Below are positions 1 through 9,762 of a stretch of 64,000 nt of DNA, one piece after another. The position numbers and the translations under genes were made by a program. The stretch covers positions 32,001 to 96,000 of the IMG/VR virus record IMGVR_UViG_2597489997_000001; one strand, given 5' to 3'. Under the pieces are notes generated by a model. That model was not told the DNA's origin. It saw only the letters and a program-made list of their open reading frames with translations, and did not search any database. Origin of the DNA: a virus (taxonomy: Duplodnaviria > Caudoviricetes). Position 1 is the first letter of the stretch; each line of letters opens with the position of its first letter.

Positions 1-61
1 CTGCTTCTTACTGGCTGGCGAGTATATCTTTAAAGGTCGCATCTCGGCGCCCATCATCTAA
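1..61 (+). CDS. 3' end of a gene entering the window (...CFLLAGEYIFKGRISAPII*)
   Basis: Frame starting at nt 2 is open to TAA 59-61; same strand as downstream genes. Confidence 0.4.
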   Translation, partial: CFLLAGEYIFKGRISAPII

Positions 62-96
62 TTTTCATTTAACCACTTTGTAACAGGACTATAGAA

Positions 97-423
97 ATGA
101 CTACCGCTATTGCATTAAGCGCACAACTGAATGACAACAAAATCTCCCGTCTGGTTTCCAAAGCTTGTAAGTTGTTGACAGACACCGAAGGTAAAGTCGG
201 TTCCTCAATTAACTTCATTGCCAACGATGCCAATGTCACTACCACTCTCTGGGGATTCAACTCCTCTCGTACCAACCTGGTGGTGGAAGTAGCGATCAAT
301 AAAGTTGTTATTGAGAAGTTGCATTTCGTTCGGCCACATGGCGGGGACATGTTCTCTCAGAAACATAAGTGCGGGTTTGCTTTCCTTTACAAATTAAAGA
401 CTGGTCAGCAATTCGCTAAATGA
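97..423 (+). CDS. hypothetical protein (108 aa)
   Basis: ORF with AGGA RBS upstream; same strand as neighbours. Confidence 0.75.
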   Translation: MTTAIALSAQLNDNKISRLVSKACKLLTDTEGKVGSSINFIANDANVTTTLWGFNSSRTNLVVEVAINKVVIEKLHFVRPHGGDMFSQKHKCGFAFLYKLKTGQQFAK

Positions 424-457
424 TAAACCCTACAGCCAGAGCTCGTGCTCACCGTCA

Positions 458-509
458 CTCCGAAAAACTATGTAAGGGATAACGGAATGTTATCCCCACA
501 TCCTCGGAG
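458..509 (+). promoter_or_regulatory. three-segment leader stem-loop that pairs with the RBS of the gene at 517
   Basis: ctccga 458-463/tcggag 504-509, atgt 470-473/acat 498-501, gggataac 476-483/gttatccc 489-496. Confidence 0.55.
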
Positions 510-516
510 AAACCTT

Positions 517-762
517 ATGCAACGTACTCGTGCTTATCGTCGTTACAAACTGCAAGTGAAGAAAGTGAAAGTATCCCGTTACTGGAATGCCGGTGTATGG
601 AGGATTGGCGGATGCCAAAGGCAAACAGATAAGGCGGTGATTGGCCGAGTGGCGAATACACCAAAAGCCTGTGGTTGCTGGATGTGCGCTAATGCCCGCC
701 AAGTTTTCGGTGAACCATTTGCAGACGTACGTCGTAAACAACTTTACGTAGATCAGGAGTAA
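517..762 (+). CDS. small basic protein with CxCxxC motif, putative Zn-binding (81 aa)
   Basis: GGAGA RBS before ATG 517; R/K-rich N-terminus; TPKACGCWMCANAR motif. Confidence 0.8.
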   Translation: MQRTRAYRRYKLQVKKVKVSRYWNAGVWRIGGCQRQTDKAVIGRVANTPKACGCWMCANARQVFGEPFADVRRKQLYVDQE

Positions 763-767
763 TAAAT

Positions 768-1223
768 ATGCAGCGATTCGAATTTACTGTTAAAAAGAAT
801 GTCCTTGTCATTGACGACCTGGAAACAGGCGGGTCGCTGCGTATTAACTGTCGCCCACTGAGTAAACCATCTATCTCCCCGGTACTCGAAGCGTGGAATG
901 ATTTAGAACATGCAATTGAACACAACGAGTTATTCCTGTCACTTCACGGGATTAACACAATTACCGAAAGACGTGGGTTCAATCTGAAAGGGTCCGTGAC
1001 ACTTAAGTCATCACACCTTTATGATCCCACAGTCTATGACAGCTCTATCACAATGACTTCGATAAGAGCTAAGTCAACTATTCTCAACTCTGAGTTAAGT
1101 TCATTAGGTCTTACCCACTTCGGTAATGTCACCTTTAATGAATGCAATCTCAAGAGCACACCTATTGTTATACCTCGCAAGGGAAACCAAAGCGTGGTGT
1201 ATTATCAGAATGAACTAATATAG
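768..1223 (+). CDS. hypothetical protein, paralogue of 1234..1740
   Basis: AGGAG RBS; shared MxRF start, NDL, L.L.G.N.I and LKSS.L..P motifs. Confidence 0.8.
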   Translation: MQRFEFTVKKNVLVIDDLETGGSLRINCRPLSKPSISPVLEAWNDLEHAIEHNELFLSLHGINTITERRGFNLKGSVTLKSSHLYDPTVYDSSITMTSIRAKSTILNSELSSLGLTHFGNVTFNECNLKSTPIVIPRKGNQSVVYYQNELI

Positions 1224-1233
1224 AGGATTCATT

Positions 1234-1740
1234 ATGTCACGTTTTAAAACCGAATTAGACACTGTTAAACGTACAATCACTATCACTGGTGATGAAAACG
1301 ACGGAACCTTGGTTATCCGTCAGCAATGTTATCCTGGTTACTTCGATAACGAAAGTGAATGTGATCGATTAGTCGAATATGCGAACGATCTTCAGGGAGA
1401 TTTGAATGAAGGTCGTATTGCGTTACAACTGGTTGGCGAAAACAGTATCGTGTTCACTGACAATAATTTCCCAGTGATGGACAGCGGTATCTATCTTAAG
1501 TCATCTGATCTTTCAAATCCAAGACTCAGTAACGTTCACCTTACTTTCTTTGATGCGGTGTGTTCTGAAGAATGTATCGTTACTAATTCCACCATATCTG
1601 ATTTTGAATGGCCCCATGGTAACAAGATCCATCTGTCTCACTGCTTCATTAACCAAAAGTATAATGAAGTGACTTCTCGTATGAGTTACTCTCTGAACGA
1701 ATGGCATTTGAATCAACGTGTCGATGGCGAGATGTGGTAA
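1234..1740 (+). CDS. hypothetical protein, paralogue of 768..1223
   Basis: GAGGA RBS; motifs shared with the upstream gene. Confidence 0.8.
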   Translation: MSRFKTELDTVKRTITITGDENDGTLVIRQQCYPGYFDNESECDRLVEYANDLQGDLNEGRIALQLVGENSIVFTDNNFPVMDSGIYLKSSDLSNPRLSNVHLTFFDAVCSEECIVTNSTISDFEWPHGNKIHLSHCFINQKYNEVTSRMSYSLNEWHLNQRVDGEMW

Positions 1741-2126
1741 TGAACCTCATTCCTAAAACAAACTACATTCCAGAGTGTTCAGCAGAATTGCTGAACGCCT
1801 GGATTAAATACGACGGATTAGCCGAACCTTATACTCCCACCAAAATGATGATGGCTAGAGAGTTCTACGCTTATCCTGATCCAGGGTATGTTGTCCCTAT
1901 GGAGAAGAAGCCAAATCGCCGGTTATCTAATCCTAAAACACTGACCATGCATTTCTTAAACTTCCTTGATGAAAACTTACTCCAGTTAGGGTATCCGTAT
2001 TTCTTCATGGAAGATTTCCCATACAAGTGCTTGAACATGGTTCAGGTACTCCACGAAATGAATCTCATCGTTGGTTATGATATCGACGAGAATGGATTCG
2101 TAACTTATGATGAAGAAGGTATCTAA
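1740..2126 (+). CDS. hypothetical protein
   Basis: TAATG stop/start coupling at 1738-1742. Confidence 0.75.
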   Translation: MNLIPKTNYIPECSAELLNAWIKYDGLAEPYTPTKMMMAREFYAYPDPGYVVPMEKKPNRRLSNPKTLTMHFLNFLDENLLQLGYPYFFMEDFPYKCLNMVQVLHEMNLIVGYDIDENGFVTYDEEGI

Positions 2127-4280
2127 ATGAAGATCTTTAATGTGGAAACACTGACCAAAGAAATTATCGGTAAACTGGTTACTCGTGATGATTCCAAAGA
2201 CTGGCAGGATCATGGCGGTAAGGATGGGGAATTACTCCAGCGTATTACCCGTAACTTCAAAATGGTTGAAACTGCATACATGCAAGACCAGACTGACGAA
2301 GAACGTTACAATGCAATCCATAAAGCATTCCGTCTGGGGATGTATGGGGTTCTGGTGGATATGTGGAAAGAGTTAGCTCTCATGGCTAACGGTGATTTCA
2401 ATATCCTGCGCAAATGGGCGCTTGCCTATTATGTAAATGCCGCTGCGGTAGGCGTTTGTTTAAATGGGACTGAACCTTTCCTGCAATTCCCAGAAGAACT
2501 TAAACTGAGCGCCCAGCACCACCTGTCCAAAAATGCTCAGACACTTACCAAATGTCTTGAAGCTCTGCGCCGTTCATTTGCGAGTATGACTCGTGAAACC
2601 AATTGCCTGGTCACCAAAGAACGTGCCCAAGTAGAAATCTTCAAACTACTGAAAGCCAACCCTCTGATCCAGGAAACCTTCCTCAGTGAAGTATTGATCG
2701 AATCTGTATTTAATAAGATCAAAGAAGGTAATAGTGCGGTTATTCGTACTAGCCTGATGACCAACATCTTTAACCTGTTAATTGCAGGTGAGAATATAGA
2801 ACCACTGACAGAAAAAGAACGCTTCAATTTCATTAAGTCAGAAATTCATCGGACTGGTTTCTTCATTTTTAAAAATGAAGATGAATTGAATGCATTCGCT
2901 AAATGGGCTGACGAAAATAACGTCTATCCTGATAATATCGAAATGGTTGTACACGCATCGGAAATCGATCCGACAAAACAGAACATCATGTTCGTACCTG
3001 GTAGCATAACCATTCCTACTAAAACCGAAATTAGGGTTCTGTTAGAAGAAGAGTTGGATTATTCCGGATTACAAGCATTGGGCGCGAGTGCAGATATTCT
3101 CCGTGTCATCGACCCTAACTTTAAACAAAAGGAAGAAGCTGTGAAACAAGAATCATATATTCAGTTCATGGGTACAGATCACCTGGTTGGCGGTGTTGAG
3201 CGCCATGGTTCTGAACAAGAAGAAGTTAATGTCATTCTTCAAGCCATGCAACCTGAGGCACGTAAAGATCGCAAGTTCTTTGTTTCATACATCCACCGTT
3301 CTGAACATCAGCGCACACTTACTGCGATGTTCTTAACCGCAGAGAACATGAAGACTATGGATACCCTTGATCCTCGTCATCGTTCTCTGGTCCTGGACCG
3401 TGCGATTGATATGCGCTTGGGTACATTGTCCCAACTCGAAAGCATCTTTGATGTCATGGGTGCTAAAGGTAAAGCCATTCCGCCGTCAGCTAATTCCATT
3501 TACAAGGGTACTGAACCTACCCGCAATGTAGCCGACAACATTATCGGTATTAACCCAATTAAAACAGAAGAACCTACCACGATGAAACAACCTAAATCCC
3601 GTATTGAAAATCTTCAGAAAGCGCTGGAAGAAATTCTGACAGTGCGTGCTAAAGCTCAGTTCCCTGGTGCCCCAGAAGACACCATCAGAAAAATTGTTTC
3701 TGAATCGAGCAAGGTACTTGGTGTAGGAACAACAATTGAGAAATTGCTATCCGATAACATGATCAAACCCCAGAATGCAGAAGGGGTTGATTACTCCAAG
3801 TTAGATTTCGCTTCACTGTTCTCTAACCTTACCCAAGCCGGATCCCCATCTTCAATGGATCCATTTACCCCAGCTCTAGGTACGCTTTACAACACACCTA
3901 TTAACTTCCATACAGGTAGTCCTACCCCAACAGGCGCAAGCATGTACGCTAAGGAACAAGCTCGCCCAGCTAAAATTAGTCGGGTTCTGACTAATGAAGA
4001 AATTACCGTAGAAGGTCATGGTGTCTTCAAGATCTCTCGTGAAATTCCGACTAACCAGCTGAGCATCATCTTTGTAGACACTAACGGTAACTACGGCACC
4101 CAGTTAGTACAGGGCTGTTATAACGATATCGATACCAACTACATCATCGAAATGTTGTACGCGGGTATTGAAGCTGGACATCCTCACAAATCAGTTCTGT
4201 TGGCTGTACAGCGTCTTACTCCGCCAACCTTTAATGGCGGATACGGATTCGGTACTCAACCTGGTTACTCTTCTTATTAA
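2127..4280 (+). CDS. large hypothetical protein (717 aa)
   Basis: Long ORF abutting the previous stop; no recognised motif. Confidence 0.85.
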   Translation: MKIFNVETLTKEIIGKLVTRDDSKDWQDHGGKDGELLQRITRNFKMVETAYMQDQTDEERYNAIHKAFRLGMYGVLVDMWKELALMANGDFNILRKWALAYYVNAAAVGVCLNGTEPFLQFPEELKLSAQHHLSKNAQTLTKCLEALRRSFASMTRETNCLVTKERAQVEIFKLLKANPLIQETFLSEVLIESVFNKIKEGNSAVIRTSLMTNIFNLLIAGENIEPLTEKERFNFIKSEIHRTGFFIFKNEDELNAFAKWADENNVYPDNIEMVVHASEIDPTKQNIMFVPGSITIPTKTEIRVLLEEELDYSGLQALGASADILRVIDPNFKQKEEAVKQESYIQFMGTDHLVGGVERHGSEQEEVNVILQAMQPEARKDRKFFVSYIHRSEHQRTLTAMFLTAENMKTMDTLDPRHRSLVLDRAIDMRLGTLSQLESIFDVMGAKGKAIPPSANSIYKGTEPTRNVADNIIGINPIKTEEPTTMKQPKSRIENLQKALEEILTVRAKAQFPGAPEDTIRKIVSESSKVLGVGTTIEKLLSDNMIKPQNAEGVDYSKLDFASLFSNLTQAGSPSSMDPFTPALGTLYNTPINFHTGSPTPTGASMYAKEQARPAKISRVLTNEEITVEGHGVFKISREIPTNQLSIIFVDTNGNYGTQLVQGCYNDIDTNYIIEMLYAGIEAGHPHKSVLLAVQRLTPPTFNGGYGFGTQPGYSSY

Positions 4281-4300
4281 TAGCGTATAAACATTAAGTA

Positions 4301-4353
4301 AACTCTAGGTACCCAATTGGGTACCTAGAGTTCTTATTCTTTTATTTTCTTTT
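4301..4353 (+). terminator. perfect 32-bp palindrome plus T-rich tail
   Basis: aactctaggtacccaa|ttgggtacctagagtt (4301-4332), then cttattcttttattttctttt. Confidence 0.8.
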
Positions 4354-4362
4354 GGGTATAAA

Positions 4363-4391
4363 TTTTCAGACAAATATTATCGGCATGTATA
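4363..4391 (+). promoter_or_regulatory. putative early (virion RNAP) promoter
   Basis: ttttcagacaaATATTATcggcatGTATA; one of 6 copies of the motif; resembles the phiKZ early TATTAC promoter. Confidence 0.65.
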
Positions 4392-4407
4392 AGTATAGGA
4401 GTTTAAC

Positions 4408-4854
4408 ATGAACGAAAGGGTTAACTATTTAGTATACCTATTGGCTGGGATGTTTGAACAGGTAGTTAAAGCCAAACTGAATCAGCATCGTAGATTGTAC
4501 AAAGATGGTCGTTGGCATGAACATCCGATGTTCCCATACTTCACCTTGGGTATCCAGCAAATAGAGGCTACAGATTACACCGGCAATCTGGAACATTACT
4601 ATACGGTTTGTGCTCGTACCAGAACTACCAAATATCCAGTCGATGTCATGGACTTCGTTGTTTGTGATGAACTAATCCAAGTCAGATACAGCGGGATTGA
4701 ATTACCAATCTGTGCAGTGGATGGTACAATGATCATCAGTCCTGAGCAGTTTAATAGAATTTTCACTGTGGCAATTGAGTCCAACCTAGATTTGATGGAA
4801 GCACTCAAGAATCACAAAGGGGGTCCACATGAAGCTAAGTCGACTGGTAAGTGA
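4408..4854 (+). CDS. hypothetical protein (putative early gene)
   Basis: AGGAG RBS; directly after the promoter motif. Confidence 0.8.
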   Translation: MNERVNYLVYLLAGMFEQVVKAKLNQHRRLYKDGRWHEHPMFPYFTLGIQQIEATDYTGNLEHYYTVCARTRTTKYPVDVMDFVVCDELIQVRYSGIELPICAVDGTMIISPEQFNRIFTVAIESNLDLMEALKNHKGGPHEAKSTGK

Positions 4855-5215
4855 GATCCTTAATGACGCAGCATTCCAAAGGCAACCAAAACCTTATAAG
4901 AATGTTTACTTCATAAAGGCACTCAATCCCGGCGACGGAAAAAGCATGTTTGTCAGTTTCCGTTTCAAGACGAGCAAGAATGAAGTTCTCGTTGCTCATG
5001 CAGAAATCGATCTTGATAAACCAAGTAAGAATGTTTCCGTTGGTGTAAGTTACTTGTGGCCGATAAAAAGAGAATCGATAACGTTCTTCCGTAAACGTCA
5101 ACAAGTATTACACAAGTCAATCCCAGAGATACTACAACAAGTAGTGGCTCCATTAATCATAGCAACAATCGAAAAGGTAGAAAATTATTATGTCACAGAC
5201 TCAAGCAATCATTGA
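4829..5215 (+). CDS. hypothetical protein
   Basis: Overlapping operon ORF with GGGGG RBS. Confidence 0.75.
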   Translation: MKLSRLVSEILNDAAFQRQPKPYKNVYFIKALNPGDGKSMFVSFRFKTSKNEVLVAHAEIDLDKPSKNVSVGVSYLWPIKRESITFFRKRQQVLHKSIPEILQQVVAPLIIATIEKVENYYVTDSSNH

Positions 5216-5585
5216 TTTCGCTACCCTGAAAGTAACAGGCATCTGTACCGAGCTGAAAGGCAAGCAGATTCCTAACTGGTGGAAAATGGGTGATGTTCAA
5301 GGATTCGGATTCAAAGTAACTGAAGGTGAACTGAATTTCCAAATCGGTGCGGCGATCTACCCAGTAGAAGAAGCGGGCGAAGGCAACTTCTTGATCAAGA
5401 TGAATTCGTGCTTCCTTTCTAACCCTGTACGTAAACAAGGTTACGAATTGCTTCAAGTTCCTCTCGGTGCTGTGCTGGAATTAGATTTCCCGATTTACGC
5501 TGAACACGAACAAGAGCTCATGGATGGCGTACTTCAACTTATTTCCGACGAAGCAGAGAACATTCTGTGTCGGATACTCCAATAA
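5190..5585 (+). CDS. hypothetical protein
   Basis: Overlapping operon ORF. Confidence 0.75.
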   Translation: MSQTQAIIDFATLKVTGICTELKGKQIPNWWKMGDVQGFGFKVTEGELNFQIGAAIYPVEEAGEGNFLIKMNSCFLSNPVRKQGYELLQVPLGAVLELDFPIYAEHEQELMDGVLQLISDEAENILCRILQ

Positions 5586-5727
5586 GCTCACAGAAACGAT
5601 TCTACTGAGTTTAATTAAGTAATACTAAGATGTGTATCATGTAGGTACATAAAGACCATAGAGATCGTTTAAAGGGCTTTATGGTTTAACCGACGTTTTC
5701 AATCAATCTCAATCAAGGATATTTGTA

Positions 5728-6684
5728 ATGAAAGATTTTAACATCTATGCAGTTGGCGGTGCAGGTATCAACGTAGTTAACCGTTTCCTGGGTGAAGGTA
5801 AAAATGGCAAGTTTGTTAAGCAGGTAGTTGGTATCGATACTTCTGATGCTAACCCTGTCGAAGAAGGTCTGTATCCGCTGGAGCGTTTGGAAGGTGCAGA
5901 AGGCTCCGGTGGTAACAAGAAAACCCACGGTGACAAATTCCCTGACTTCGCAAAACAACTGCTGGCCAAATACGAGCCAAACAAACTGAACATCGTCATC
6001 TTCTCCACCGGCGGTGGTACTGGTGCAGGTCTGGGCCCATATCTGGTTCGTAACATGCTCCAACGCAAAATCCCAGTTCTGACTCTGGTAGTTGGTGACA
6101 TCTCAACCATTAACGAACAGAACAACACAGTGAGTACTCTGGGTTCTCTGTTCAACCAGACCAAGCTCGGTTCTTCAGTACTGTTCTCTTATCTGGAAAA
6201 CCGTCCTGAACTGTCTCAGGGTCAGGTTAACCAATCAGCAGTTGGGCGTCTGGATAATGCGATCATGTTCTTCAACCTGTTGAACGAACGTATCGACTAT
6301 GCCGACATCATCAACTTCTTCTTCTACAACCACATCGTGGATGCTGATCCAATTCTGACTCAGTTGACCTTCCTGACTGAAACTGAACTGCCTCAGTACG
6401 ATCGTAAAGCTGTAGCGGCAATCAGCCTGTATCCGAACATCGACGATATCAAAGTCCCGTTCGAAAACATGTTGTATCGTAAGGCTGGTCTGTTCGGTTC
6501 TGATTTCCATGGTTTCACTACTGCCGTTCATGCAGTTCTGGATCACGGTAACACGATCGACAGCCTGAAAGAAATGATCGCTGATAAAGATAAGAAAGCA
6601 AATCAGCTGTCTGGGCAATTCCGTAACAAGGACACTAACCTGTTCGAAACTACTGGTGCAGCAGACGACGACGGCATGATGTAA
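5728..6684 (+). CDS. phuZ: PhuZ phage tubulin (spindle protein)
   Basis: GGAGIN T1 loop, GIDTS, GSGG, GGGTGAG tubulin signature, RIDYAD T7 loop, acidic DDDGMM tail. Confidence 0.95.
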   Translation: MKDFNIYAVGGAGINVVNRFLGEGKNGKFVKQVVGIDTSDANPVEEGLYPLERLEGAEGSGGNKKTHGDKFPDFAKQLLAKYEPNKLNIVIFSTGGGTGAGLGPYLVRNMLQRKIPVLTLVVGDISTINEQNNTVSTLGSLFNQTKLGSSVLFSYLENRPELSQGQVNQSAVGRLDNAIMFFNLLNERIDYADIINFFFYNHIVDADPILTQLTFLTETELPQYDRKAVAAISLYPNIDDIKVPFENMLYRKAGLFGSDFHGFTTAVHAVLDHGNTIDSLKEMIADKDKKANQLSGQFRNKDTNLFETTGAADDDGMM

Positions 6685-6693
6685 TAACCGGAG

Positions 6694-6715
6694 GCCCTAG
6701 GGAATTCCCTAGGGC
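6694..6715. terminator. perfect 22-bp palindrome after phuZ
   Basis: gccctagggaa|ttccctagggc followed by ttt. Confidence 0.65.
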
Positions 6716-6727
6716 TTTAAAGGGCTT

Positions 6728-7015
6728 ATGCGAATTTTATTTAATCTAGCAAGCTACCGCACTACTTTCAATGTCCTATCTCAAAATGATGTAGGCGTTG
6801 CAGAATCTATTCTTACTAAGGTATGTTTGGATAACGGGTTCCCAGTAAAACCTGGGTTCTTTGACCGTAATCTATCTTTCAATCACACAGCAGTTTATGA
6901 ACAAATTCGCGAATGTGTAGAAGAGAGACTGTTCCTTATCCCCACACCGGATATCGCGGAACTGAACCATCTTGGTAACCTTCAATTTTCACTCACTTTA
7001 CAAAATCGGGAATGA
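6728..7015 (+). CDS. hypothetical protein (post-phuZ small-gene cluster)
   Basis: ORF in a compact operon. Confidence 0.75.
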   Translation: MRILFNLASYRTTFNVLSQNDVGVAESILTKVCLDNGFPVKPGFFDRNLSFNHTAVYEQIRECVEERLFLIPTPDIAELNHLGNLQFSLTLQNRE

Positions 7016-7018
7016 CAC

Positions 7019-7486
7019 ATGTACAGTATCGATAAGCGCGGTCTTACTTCGGCTATCGCTATCGCCCTAATACCTCAGTTCAAAAATGAAAATCCTGAAG
7101 AGGATCTTCTCACCTATAACTTTCACTTAGTGTTAGATATGGTGCTCGGGGTGATGAACAGCGATACCCGAAACATCGACGATGCTATTGACGACCAGTA
7201 CCGGTTGTATCCAGAGGAAAGGAACCTTGCATTTTTAGCTGAGGTCATCCGACTAGAAGTCATTGACATCAAAAAGCAATTTATGCAAGCTGGATTCGAT
7301 CGTCGATTGAAGTATAAGTTAGTGACACGGAATGTCGGTGCTCATAAGTTCTACGGGATTGCAATGGACCTCGATGCGACAACTATCGCATTAACCGAAG
7401 CGGAACCGGTAGTAGAAACTGACAATGCATTCGCCGTATCTCAGGAGCCATCGATCGATGAACTTGAAGCAGCTTTCAATTGGTAG
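7019..7486 (+). CDS. hypothetical protein
   Basis: ORF in a compact operon. Confidence 0.8.
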   Translation: MYSIDKRGLTSAIAIALIPQFKNENPEEDLLTYNFHLVLDMVLGVMNSDTRNIDDAIDDQYRLYPEERNLAFLAEVIRLEVIDIKKQFMQAGFDRRLKYKLVTRNVGAHKFYGIAMDLDATTIALTEAEPVVETDNAFAVSQEPSIDELEAAFNW

Positions 7487-8060
7487 GGAATTAATCAACT
7501 TCGTATCTTTCGATTCTCACATCATCGAAGCTGTTAATGAAAAGGCGATGTTTGCTCATCGTCTGGTTCGTCAGGAAGATATCCCCAGTATCGTGGATGG
7601 GTTAAGAGAATGGCTGATTCGTTCTGTTGGTATCTTTACGACGGTTGGATATTACCGCTCTCCTGATCTAAAGTTGTGGTTTGATGGTGAAACAATAATC
7701 GAAGAGTTTGATGAACTCCTTCTTAAGTTCAAAACCTTTCTTGAAGCTGAGAGAGGAATCGACTTAAAGGGTGAGTACAGCTTACTCCGTTATCGTGATA
7801 ACCTGAACTTCATCATGTTCGCCGGTAAGCCAATTGGTGACGTGACCAACGATCTAGGGATGCCGGTTTTTTCTGGTTTCTTAACAGAAGAAGAAGAAAT
7901 CAGGTTTGGTTATGCTCTGGAAGAAGCGAATCATTTCATCGAAGATCTTATCAGTCGGATGAATGATAAATTCGACGCTCTTGATAACGCAGAAGCATTT
8001 GTCAAAGAGTTGATTGGTGATAGACTTCCTGAAGTACTCAAACGCCACCTTTCCCAATGA
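7458..8060 (+). CDS. hypothetical protein
   Basis: AGGAG 10 nt before ATG 7458 (start moved from 7425). Confidence 0.75.
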   Translation: MNLKQLSIGRELINFVSFDSHIIEAVNEKAMFAHRLVRQEDIPSIVDGLREWLIRSVGIFTTVGYYRSPDLKLWFDGETIIEEFDELLLKFKTFLEAERGIDLKGEYSLLRYRDNLNFIMFAGKPIGDVTNDLGMPVFSGFLTEEEEIRFGYALEEANHFIEDLISRMNDKFDALDNAEAFVKELIGDRLPEVLKRHLSQ

Positions 8061-8068
8061 GGTAATAA

Positions 8069-8392
8069 ATGAGGAAGCCGGAACTTTATAGTTTCAACAT
8101 CTTCCCATTACTTCGAATAATCGATAGATACAAGCTGGATAGTACTCTCTTCTTTAAAATCATTCTGAATTTCCTCTCTCATCGCCGGGAGGAAATTCTT
8201 AATGTAGAACTGTCCAAATGGTTTAGCCCACATGACGTTCGTATTAAATTAGAGATGAAGCCTATTTTATACCAACTCATGCATGAGTTGAATCATTCGG
8301 ATAATGTGGAAGATTACTTCGTCTTAAACAAACGTTTCTATATTAAGGATCACCCTTATGACCCAACAGATGAGTTCGATGAATACACCTAA
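8069..8392 (+). CDS. hypothetical protein
   Basis: GAGGT RBS. Confidence 0.75.
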   Translation: MRKPELYSFNIFPLLRIIDRYKLDSTLFFKIILNFLSHRREEILNVELSKWFSPHDVRIKLEMKPILYQLMHELNHSDNVEDYFVLNKRFYIKDHPYDPTDEFDEYT

Positions 8393-8681
8393 AGCGGTTT
8401 ATTCTCACTCGATACAATTTCCAGGTGTGGCTTTCACCACCCTGTTGAATTCCTGCATCCTGTTACTCAACGTCTATGGTATCAAGCACACGGCTCAGTA
8501 CGACCCAAGCTTCGATACCTCGGCCCTCACATCGGGCAACCCGACAGCAGACGCCAGATTCCAGAATGACTACATGAACTTCAAAATGATGTTGGATGGG
8601 CTACAGAGTCAATATTCCGATATTAGTTGCGACCTTCAGTCCAATGGATCTGTCCTGTACATGAAGTTTACCTGCAACTAG
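8358..8681 (+). CDS. hypothetical protein
   Basis: AAGGA RBS; overlapping operon ORF. Confidence 0.75.
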   Translation: MTQQMSSMNTPKAVYSHSIQFPGVAFTTLLNSCILLLNVYGIKHTAQYDPSFDTSALTSGNPTADARFQNDYMNFKMMLDGLQSQYSDISCDLQSNGSVLYMKFTCN

Positions 8682-8689
8682 GAAAACGT

Positions 8690-9316
8690 ATGTATGTTAA
8701 TCTGAATTGCTTCGACTACAACAAACTGTTATCGGGAATAGTCGAGCATTACAACTTGCAAGACGATTTAACAGATGAGACCATTGCACAGGTGTTCCGT
8801 AATCTGTCGAATCTGTATAGTTCCCGTGGTGATCTAGGAATCACTGAAGAAGAAGTCAAGATGGTTGAAAGCTTCCTTGGATTAACTGTATCGTACATCT
8901 CTTTCGAAGGCGAAGATTTTATCGCCATACAGGAACAGATCGATGACGGTCTTGATTCATTAGAAGCCCACTTAACACAGCAGGTCGATCAAGTTCCATA
9001 TGGGAGCTTTATTGAAAAATGGGTTATCGGTAAGTTTCTTAATGACGTGGATGTTGAGTCCTGCGAGTACTTTGAACAGGTCGCTCATTTCATAGAGTGT
9101 TTCGACAACATGATCCACCGATACATCACTGCGAAATCCATACCTGATTTTGGTCCTGGTGAGTTATTCGTTTTGGGCGAGATTGAGAAATACACTCATC
9201 CCTGTGAAGTAGTCACCAATATTAATGTGATCGACGTTCCTGGTACCAAAGTTCGCTATGGGAATTCTTTGATTACCTTCCCTCTCATTTTGGTGAATGT
9301 AACCGAAACCCATTAA
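8690..9316 (+). CDS. acidic hypothetical protein
   Basis: AGGA RBS before ATG 8690. Confidence 0.75.
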   Translation: MYVNLNCFDYNKLLSGIVEHYNLQDDLTDETIAQVFRNLSNLYSSRGDLGITEEEVKMVESFLGLTVSYISFEGEDFIAIQEQIDDGLDSLEAHLTQQVDQVPYGSFIEKWVIGKFLNDVDVESCEYFEQVAHFIECFDNMIHRYITAKSIPDFGPGELFVLGEIEKYTHPCEVVTNINVIDVPGTKVRYGNSLITFPLILVNVTETH

Positions 9317-9325
9317 GGAGATCTC

Positions 9326-9748
9326 ATGGCCAGCTTAAAAACTCTGAAGAAGGACGATATTGTCAACTTTGACATGCTTCGTCCTGGTATCTTCGGAGAC
9401 CAATATAAGGGCGCGGTAATCGCGTCCATTGGTGATTTCAACGTAGCCCGTCTGGTCGATCCAGATGTCGCTCAAAAACACGCCAGCTTTTATCCTTTCT
9501 TCAAGGATAAAGTTGACAACGTCGATAACCCCGCTATCTATGATTACCTGATTCTTCAGTTGGATAAAACCAAGCCCAACTTGATTGCAATCGGGTTCCC
9601 ATGGATTAATGAAGGGTCTCTGAAAACAATCACCACCAGACAAGCTGTTGTCATCATTCGTGAATTCCAAGAATATCATCGCGCTGCGCTGACCGATTTC
9701 CTGGAAGGAATGAACGTTGATTACACTTTGACCATCGACGATCAGTAA
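9326..9748 (+). CDS. conserved protein preceding DNA polymerase (phiKZ gp49-like)
   Basis: TAAGGAG RBS; position; IGFPWI motif. Confidence 0.65.
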   Translation: MASLKTLKKDDIVNFDMLRPGIFGDQYKGAVIASIGDFNVARLVDPDVAQKHASFYPFFKDKVDNVDNPAIYDYLILQLDKTKPNLIAIGFPWINEGSLKTITTRQAVVIIREFQEYHRAALTDFLEGMNVDYTLTIDDQ

Positions 9749-9762
9749 GAAAAATAATATCC

